Notes under the pieces: generated by a model
What the model saw: the letters and a program-made list of their open reading frames with translations, nothing else
What the model was told of the DNA's origin: nothing
Databases searched by the model: none
From: the human T2T-CHM13v2.0 reference genome, Homo sapiens
DNA length: 64,000 bases
NCBI GenBank assembly: GCA_009914755.4
Contig: CP068257.2
Span: 6,720,001-6,784,000, forward strand
Reading direction: 5' to 3'
Program-made: the position numbers and the translations under genes
In this document: piece after piece, positions 56,501 through 64,000 of the stretch
Layout of the letters: each line of letters begins with the position of its first letter
Numbering within the stretch: position 1 is the first letter of the stretch

Positions 56501-59500
56501 AGGAATGGAATAGAAACAACCCGAGTGGAATGGAATGGAATGGATTCCACCCGAGTGGAATGGAATGGAATGGAATGGAAAGGAATACAATGGAATGGAA
56601 TGGAACCGTCCCGAGTGGAATGGAATGGTATGGAATGCAATAGAATGTAATGGAACAGAACGGAATGAAATGGAATGGAATAGATTGAATGCGAGTGGAA
56701 TTGAATGGAACGGAATGGATTGGAATGGAATGGAATGGATTGGAGTGGAATGGAATGGAATCAACACGAATGGAACGGAATGGAATGGCATGGATTGGAA
56801 AGGAACGGAATGGAATCAACCCAAGTGGAATGGAATGGAATGGAATCCACCCGATTGGAATGAAATGGAATGGAATGGAATGGAATGTATTGGAATCAAC
56901 TCGAGTGGAATGGAATGGAATGGAATGGAATGGAATGGAATGGAATGGAATGGAACAGAATCGAATCCAATGGAATCAACTGGAATGGAATGGAATGGAA
57001 TGGAATAAATCCGGGTGGAATGGAATGGAATGTAATGGAGTGCACTGGAATTGAATGGAGTGGAATGGAATGGAATGGAATGGAAAGGAATGGAATCAAC
57101 CCGTATGGAATGGAACGGAATGGAATGGAAAGGAAGGGAATGGAATGGAATGGAACAGAATAGAATGGAATCAGCCCGAATGGGATGGAATGGAATGGAA
57201 TGGAATAGAATGGAATGGAATGGAATGGAATGGAATGGAATGGAATGGAATTCTATGGAATCAACCGTAGTGTAATGTAAATGAATGGAATATAATGGAA
57301 TGGAATGGAAGGGAATGGAATCAACCCAAGTGCATTGGAATGGAATGGAATGCAACGGAATCAACCCGAGAGTAATGGAATGGAAAGGAATGGAATGGAA
57401 TGGAAAGAAATGGAATGGAATCAACCCGACAGGAATGGAATGGAATGGTATGGAATCAAACCGAGTGGAATGGAATGGAATGGAATGGAATGGAATGGAA
57501 TGGAATGGAATGGAATGGAATTTAATGGAGTGCTATGGAATCAACCCGAGTGGAATGGAATGGAATGGAATGGAATGGAATGGAATGGAATGGGATGGAA
57601 TGGAATGCAATGGAATGGAATGGAATGGAATGGAATGGAATGAACCCGAATGGAATGGAATGGAATGGAATTGAATGGATTGCAATGGAATGGAATTGAT
57701 TCAACCCGAGTGGAATGGAATGGAATCGAGTGGAGTTGAATGGAATGGAGTGGAATGGAATGGAATGGAATGGAATGAAATAAACCCGAATGGAATGGAA
57801 TGGAATGGAATGGAATGGAATGGAATGGAATGGAAAGGAATCAACCCGAGTGGAGTGGAATGGAATGGAATTTCATGAAATGGAATGGAATGGAATGGTA
57901 TGGAATAAACACGACTGGAATGGTATGGAATGGAACGGAATGGAATGGAATAAAATGGAATGGAATGGAATGGAATCAACTCGAGTGAAATGGAATGGAA
58001 TGAAATGGAATGGAAAGGAATGTAATCAACCGGAGTGGAGTGGAATGGAATGGAGTAGAATGGAATGGAATGGAATGGAATGGAATGGAATGGAATGGAA
58101 TGGAATGCAATGGAACACAACAAAATGGAAAAAACCCGAGTGGAATGGCATGGAATGGAAAGGACTTGAATATAATGGAATGGATTGGTATCATCCCGAT
58201 TAGAAATTAATGGAATGGAATGGAATGGAAAGGAATGGAATGGAATGGAACCTACACAAGTGGAATGGAATGAAATGGAAATAAATGGAATGGAATAGAA
58301 TGGAAAGGAATGGAACGGAATGGAATGGAATGGAATGGAATCTACACGAGTGGAATGGAATGGAATGGAATTTAATGGAATGGAATGGAATAGAATGGTA
58401 TGGAATCAACCCGACTGGAATGGTAAAGAATGCAATGTAATGGAACGGAATGGAATGGAATAAAATGGAATGGAATGGAATGGAAACAACCCGAGTTGAA
58501 TGGAATGGAATGGAATAACCGGAGAGGAATGGAATGGAATGCAGGGTAATGGAATGGAATAGAATGGAATGGAATGGAATGGAATAGAATGAAATGGAAA
58601 GGAATGGAATAGAAACAACCCGAGTGGAATGGAATGGAATGGAATCCACCCGAGTGGAATGGAATGCAATGGAATTGAACGGAATATAATGGAATTGAAT
58701 AGAATCATCCTGAGTGGAATGGAATGGTATCTAATGCAATGGAGTGGAATGGAACAGAACTGAATGGGATGGAAAGAATAGATTGAATCCAAGTGGAATT
58801 GAATGGAATGAAATGGATTCGAAAGGAATGGAATGGATTGGAATGGATTGGAATGGAAAGGAATGGATTCAACCCGAGTGGAATGTAATGGATTGGAATG
58901 GAGTGGAATGGAATGGAATGGAATCAACACGAATGGAATGGAACGGAATGGAATGGAATGGTATGGAATGAAATAGAAAGGAACGGAATAGAATCAACCA
59001 AAGTGGAATGGAATGGAATGGAATGGAAGGGAATCAACACGAGTGGAATTGAATGGAAAGGAATGCAATGGAATGGAATGGAATGGAATGGAATGGAATG
59101 GAATGGAATTCAATGGAATCAACCCGAGTGGAATGGAATGCTATGGAATGCAATGGAATGGAGTGGAACAGAACGGAATGGAATTGCATGGAATTGATTG
59201 AATCCGAGTGGAATTGAACGGAAGGGAATGCATTGGAATGGAATGGAAAGGATTCAACCCGAGTGGAATGTAATGGAATGGAGTGGAGTGGAATGGAATG
59301 GTATGGATTGGAATGGAATGGAATGGAATGGAATCAACACAAAGGGAATGGAATGGAATGGAATAGAATGGAAAGGAATGGAATGGAATGGTATGGAATG
59401 TAATGTAATGGAATGGAATGGAATGAAATGGAATCAACCGGAATGGAATGGAATGGAATGGAATGGAAATGAATCAAACCGAGTGGAATGGAATGGAATG

Positions 59501-60200
59501 GAATGGAAACAATGCCATGCAATGGTATCAACGGGAATGGAATGCATTGGAATGGAATGGAATGGAATCACCCTGAGTGGATAGGAAAGGAATGGAAGGG
59601 AATGGAAAGGAATGGAATGGAATGGAAACTAATGGAAGGGAATGGAAACAACCCGAGTGGAATGGAATGGAATGGAATGGAATGGAATGGAATGGAATGG
59701 AATACAACAAAATGGAAACAACCCGAGTGGAATGGCATGGAATGGAAAGGACCTGAATATAATGGAATGGATTGGAATCAACCCGATTAGAAACTAATGG
59801 AATGGAATGGAATGGAATGGAATGGAATGGAATGGAATGGATTGGAATTTACCCGAATGGAATGGAATGTAATGAAATTAAATGGAATGGAAAGGAATGG
59901 AAAGGAATGGAATGGAATCTACACGAGTGGAATGGAATTGAATTGAATTTAATGGAATTGAACGGAATACAATGATATGGAATCAACCCGTGTGGAATGG
60001 TATAGAATGTAATGTAATGGAATGGAATGGAATAAAATGGAATGGACTGGAATGGAAACAAAACGAGTGGAACGGAATGGAATAACCTGAGAGGAATGGA
60101 ATGGAATGGAGTGGAATGGAATGGAATAGAATGGAATGGAATGGAATGGAATAGAATGAAATTGAAAGGAATGGAATGGAAACAACCCGTGTGGAATGGA
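56500..60200. repeat. ~3.8-kb unit U2 (irregular higher-order repeat). Its 3-prime boundary is uncertain.
   Basis: See U1. In addition, module A at 59506 and module B at 59701 correspond to 55812 and 56004 (offset about 3695), and 59772-59975 matches 56076-56279. Confidence 0.55.
59461..59800. repeat. Landmark composite module A-B.
   Basis: A is read at about 59506-59585 and B at 59701-59800. Confidence 0.85.
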
Positions 60201-63200
60201 ATGGAAAGGAATCAACCTGAAGGGTATGGAATGGAATGGAATGGAATGGAATGGAATGGAATGGAATGGAATCAACCAGAGTGGAATGCAATGGAATGAA
60301 ATGGAATTGAAATGAATGGAATGGAACGGAATGGAACGGAACGGAATTGAATCGAATGGAATCAACCCAAATTGAAAGGAATGGAATGGAATGGACTGGA
60401 ATGGAATGGAATGGAATGGAATGGAATGGAATGGATTGGAATGGATTCAACACAAATGGAATGGAATGGAACGGAATGGAATAGAATGGAAAGGAGTGGA
60501 ATGCAATTGAATGGAATGAAATGGAATAAACCCGAATGGAATGGAATGGAATGGAATGGAATGGAATTGAGTGGAATGGAATAAACACCAGTGGAATGAA
60601 ATGGAATGGAATGGAATGGAATGAAATCAACACGAGTAGAACGGAACGGAATGGAATGGAATGGAAAGGAATGGAATCAACTGGAATGGAATGAAATGGA
60701 ATGGAATGGAGTGGAATGTAATGGAATGCAATGGAATCAACAAGAGTGAAATGCAAAGGAATGGAATGGAATGGAATGGAATGGAATGGAATGGAATACA
60801 ACAAAATGGAAAGAACTCGAGTGGAATGGCAAGGAATGGAAAGGACTTGAATAAAATGGAATGGATTGGAATCAACCCGATTAGAAACTAGTGGAAAGGA
60901 ATGGAATGGAATGGAATCTGCCCGAGTGGAATGGAATGGAATGGAATTGAATGGAATGGAATGGAGTGGAATAGAATAGAATGGAATGGAATGGAACGGA
61001 ATGGAAGGGAATTGAATGGAATAGAATGGAATCGAATCTACCCGAGTGGAATGGAATGGAAAGGAATTTAATGGAATGGAAAGGAATGGAATGGAATGGA
61101 ATGGAATGGAATGGAATGGAATGGAATGGAATAAACACCAGTGGAATGAAATGGAATGGAATGGAATGGAATGCAATGGAATGGAATGGAATGGAGTGGA
61201 ATGGAATAAACACCAGTGGAATGAAATGGAATGGAATGGAATGGAATGCAATGGAATGGAATGGAATGGAATGGAATGGAATGGAATGGAATGGAAACTA
61301 CTGGAATGGAATGGAAACAACCCGAGTGGAATGGAATGCAATGGAATGGAATGGAATGGAATGACACGGAATGGAATGGAATGGACTGGAATGGAATTTA
61401 AAGGAATGGAATGGAACCAACCCGACTGGAATGGAATGGAATGTAAAGCAGTGAATGGAATGTAATGGAATGAAATGGAATGGAATGGAATGGTATGCAA
61501 TGCAGTGGAATGGATTTGAATGGAATGGAACGGAACGGAACGGAATGGAATGGAATGGAATGGAATGGAATGGAATGGAATGGACACCAATGGAATGGAA
61601 TGGAATGGAATGGAATTGAATGGAATGGAATGGAATGGATTGGAATGGATGGGAATGGAATGGAACGGAATTAACCGGAGTGGAATGCAATGGAATGGAA
61701 TGGAGTGGAATGGAATCAACCCGAGTGGAATGGAATGGAATGGAATGGAATGGAATGGAATGGAATGGAATGGAATCAACACGAATGGACTGGAACGGAA
61801 TGGAATGGAATGGATTGGAATGGAATGGAATGGAATGGAATGGAATAGTATGGTATGGAATGAAATGGAAAGGAACAGAATGGAATCAACCCAAGTGGAG
61901 TGGAATAGAATGGAATGGAAGGGAATCAATACGAGTCAAATGGAATGGAGTGGAATGCAATGGAATGGAATGGAATGAAATGAAATGGAATGTAATGGAA
62001 TGGAATGGAATTCAAGGGAATCAATCCGAGTGGAATGGAATGGTATGGAATGCAATGGAATGGAGTGGAACAGAACGGAATGGAATGGAATGGAATTGAT
62101 TGAATCCGAATGGAATTGAATGGAAGGGAATGCATTGGAATGGAATAGAAAGGATTCAACCCGAGTGGAAAGTAATGGATTGGAATGGAATGGAAAGGAA
62201 TAGAATGGAATCAACACAAATGGAATGGAATGGAATGGAATGGAAAGGAATGGATTGCAATGGAATGGAATGGAATGGAATGGAATGGAATGCAATGCAA
62301 TGGAATGGAATGGAATGCAATGCAATGGAATGGAATGGAATAAACCCGAATGGAATGGAATGGAATGGAATGCAATGCCATGGAATGGAATGGAATGGAG
62401 TGGAATGGAATAAACAGAAGTGGAATGAATTGGAATGGAATGAAATGGAATGGAATGGAATGGAATGGACTGGAATGAAATAAACCCGAGTAGAATGGAA
62501 CGGAATGGATTGGAATGGAAAGGAATTGAATAAACTGGAATGGAATGAAATGGAATGGAAGGGAGTGGAATGGAATGGAATACAATGGAATCAACACGAG
62601 TGGAATGCAATGCAACGGAAGGGAAAGGAATGGAATGGAACGGAACCAACCCGAGTGGAGTGGAATAAAGTGGAATGGAATGGAGTATGATCAACCTGAG
62701 TGGAACGGAATGCAATGGAATGGAATGGAATGGAATGGTTTCAATCAGAGTGGAATGGAATGGAATGGAATGGAACGGAATGGAATGCAATGGATGTAAC
62801 TGGAATGGAATGGAATGGAATGGAATGGAATGGAATGGAATGGAATGGAACGGAATCAACATGAGTCAAATGGAATGGAATGGAATGGAATGGAATGGAG
62901 TCAACACGAATGGACTGGAACGTAATGGAATGGAATGGAATGGAATGGTATGGTTTGGAATGAAATGGAAAGGAACGGAATGGAATCAACCCAAGTGGAG
63001 TGGAATAGAATGGAATGGAAGGGAATGAAGACGAGTCAAATGGAATGGAATGGAATGGAATGGAATGGAATGGAAAGGAATGGAATGCAATGAAATGGAA
63101 TGGAATGGAATGGAATGGAATGCAATGGAATGGAATGGAATTCAGTGAAATGGAATGGAATAGAATGGAATGGAATAGAATGGAATCTACTGTAATGGAA

Positions 63201-64000
63201 TGGAAACAACCAGAGTGGAATGGAATGGAATGGAATGGAATGGAATGGAATGGAATGGAATGGAATGGAAAGGAACGGAATGTAAAGGAATGGAATGGAA
63301 TCAACCCGACTGGAATGGAATGGAATGGAAAGGAATGAATGGAATGAATGGAATGGAATGGAATGGAATGGAATGGAATGGAATTGTATGGAATACAATG
63401 ATATGGAATTGAATGGAATGGAACGGAATGGAACGGAATGGAATGGAATGGACCCCAATGGAATGGAATGGAATGGAATGGATTGGAATGGAATGGAACG
63501 GAATTAACCCGAGTGGAATGGAATGGAATGGAATGGAGTGGAATGGAATGGAATGGAATGGAATGGAATGGAATGGAAAGGAATCAACCCGAGTGGAATG
63601 CAATGAAATGGAATGCAATGGAATGGAATGGTATGGAATCAACCCTAGTGAAATGGTATGGAATGGAATGGAATGGAACAGAATGGAATGGAATCATCCC
63701 GAATGGAATGGAAAGGAATGGAGAGGAATGGTACGGTATGGAATGGAATGGAAAGGAATCAACCCGAAGGTTATGGAATGGAATGCAATGGAATGGAATG
63801 GAATCAACCCGAGTGGAATGCAATCGAATAAAATGGAATGGAATGAAACGGAAAGGAACGGAATGGAACGGAATTGAAAGGAATGGAATCAAACCGAGTG
63901 GAAAGGAATGGAATGGAATGAAATGCAATGGTGTGGAATGGAACGGATAGGAATAACATGCAATCGACTTTAGTGGAATGGTATGGAATGGAATAATATG

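Larger units (their letters stand above)
1..64000 (+). repeat. Classical satellite III (HSat3) tandem array: (GGAAT)n/(ATGGA)n pentamers interspersed with CAACCCGAGT-type decamers. The G-rich strand is + throughout, with no orientation switch and no unique sequence.
   Basis: Direct reading shows near-continuous ggaat/atgga iterations. The motif ggaatcaacccgagtggaatgg and its decayed variants (caacctgagt, caacccaagt, caacacgagt, caaccagagt) recur hundreds of times. In the ORF track, + strand ORFs are all MEWNG-type and - strand ORFs are all IPFHS-type, which is what a GGAAT/ATTCC repeat translates to. The HinfI site GAATC sits at each ggaatcaac junction. This matches the textbook description of satellite III. 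Confidence 0.97.

Noticed and set aside
59983-61929. 648-aa open reading frame on the minus strand. Other long ORFs include 36625-38133 (502 aa), 2724-4124 (466 aa), 20455-21639 (394 aa) and 307-1359 (350 aa).
   Set aside because: Its translation is an iteration of IPFHS, which is ATTCC read in any frame; the + strand ORFs are iterations of MEWNG. The pentamer contains no stop codon in the frames used, so long ORFs are expected by chance. There is no sequence complexity, no domain-like segment and no Kozak or promoter context. These are not genes.
1-64000. Regularly spaced short repeats that could superficially resemble a CRISPR array or a prokaryotic repeat system.
   Set aside because: There are no unique spacers and no cas-like ORFs. 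The repeat unit is 5 bp with 10-bp punctuations, and the whole sequence is the hominid satellite III consensus. It is eukaryotic pericentromeric satellite.
1-64000. The periodic MEWNG and IPFHS peptide repeats as a genuine repeat protein.
   Set aside because: The same peptide arises in all three frames of each strand, which is diagnostic of a 5-bp DNA period not divisible by 3. No start-site or transcript structure supports translation.

Overview
The entire 64-kb window is tandemly repeated satellite DNA of the human/hominid classical satellite III type (HSat3). The + strand carries (GGAAT)n/(ATGGA)n pentamers, interrupted every ~30-150 bp by CAACCCGAGT-family decamers (GGAATCAACCCGAGTGGAATGG), which contain the HinfI GANTC site and one CpG.

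I find no credible protein-coding gene, RNA gene, CRISPR array, transposon insertion or regulatory element. Every ORF in the six-frame track is a reading-frame artefact of the pentamer: the + strand gives MEWNG iterations and the - strand gives IPFHS iterations. I therefore do not report a novel gene system.

What the sequence does show is higher-order repeat architecture:
(i) A ~5.55-kb unit is present as two adjacent copies at 7975-13530 and 13531-19045. They are roughly 99.5% identical and differ almost only by pentamer-count slippage and one 70-bp local duplication.
(ii) A 775-bp segment is present identically at 1-775 and 7006-7780.
(iii) Between 41.0 and 50.3 kb there is an alternating X/Y dimeric higher-order repeat. 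X units are ~1.5-1.6 kb, Y units are 2.0-3.0 kb, and the dimer is 3.55-4.5 kb. One Y unit carries an ~0.87-kb deletion.
(iv) A Y-type unit at ~1.2-3.6 kb is near-identical to the copy 45 kb away.
(v) The region 51.1-60.2 kb has irregular ~1.6-kb and ~3.8-kb periodicities.
(vi) Conserved non-pentameric landmark modules (named A, B and Q below) recur in a fixed order and mark unit boundaries.

The array has a single orientation throughout: the G-rich strand is always +. The interesting aspects are array architecture, very recent duplications, mutation mode (slippage versus substitution), CpG-decay signatures and subfamily-diagnostic landmark motifs. All coordinates for repeat-unit boundaries were found by eye from the sequence and ORF track and are approximate to about 10-50 bp.
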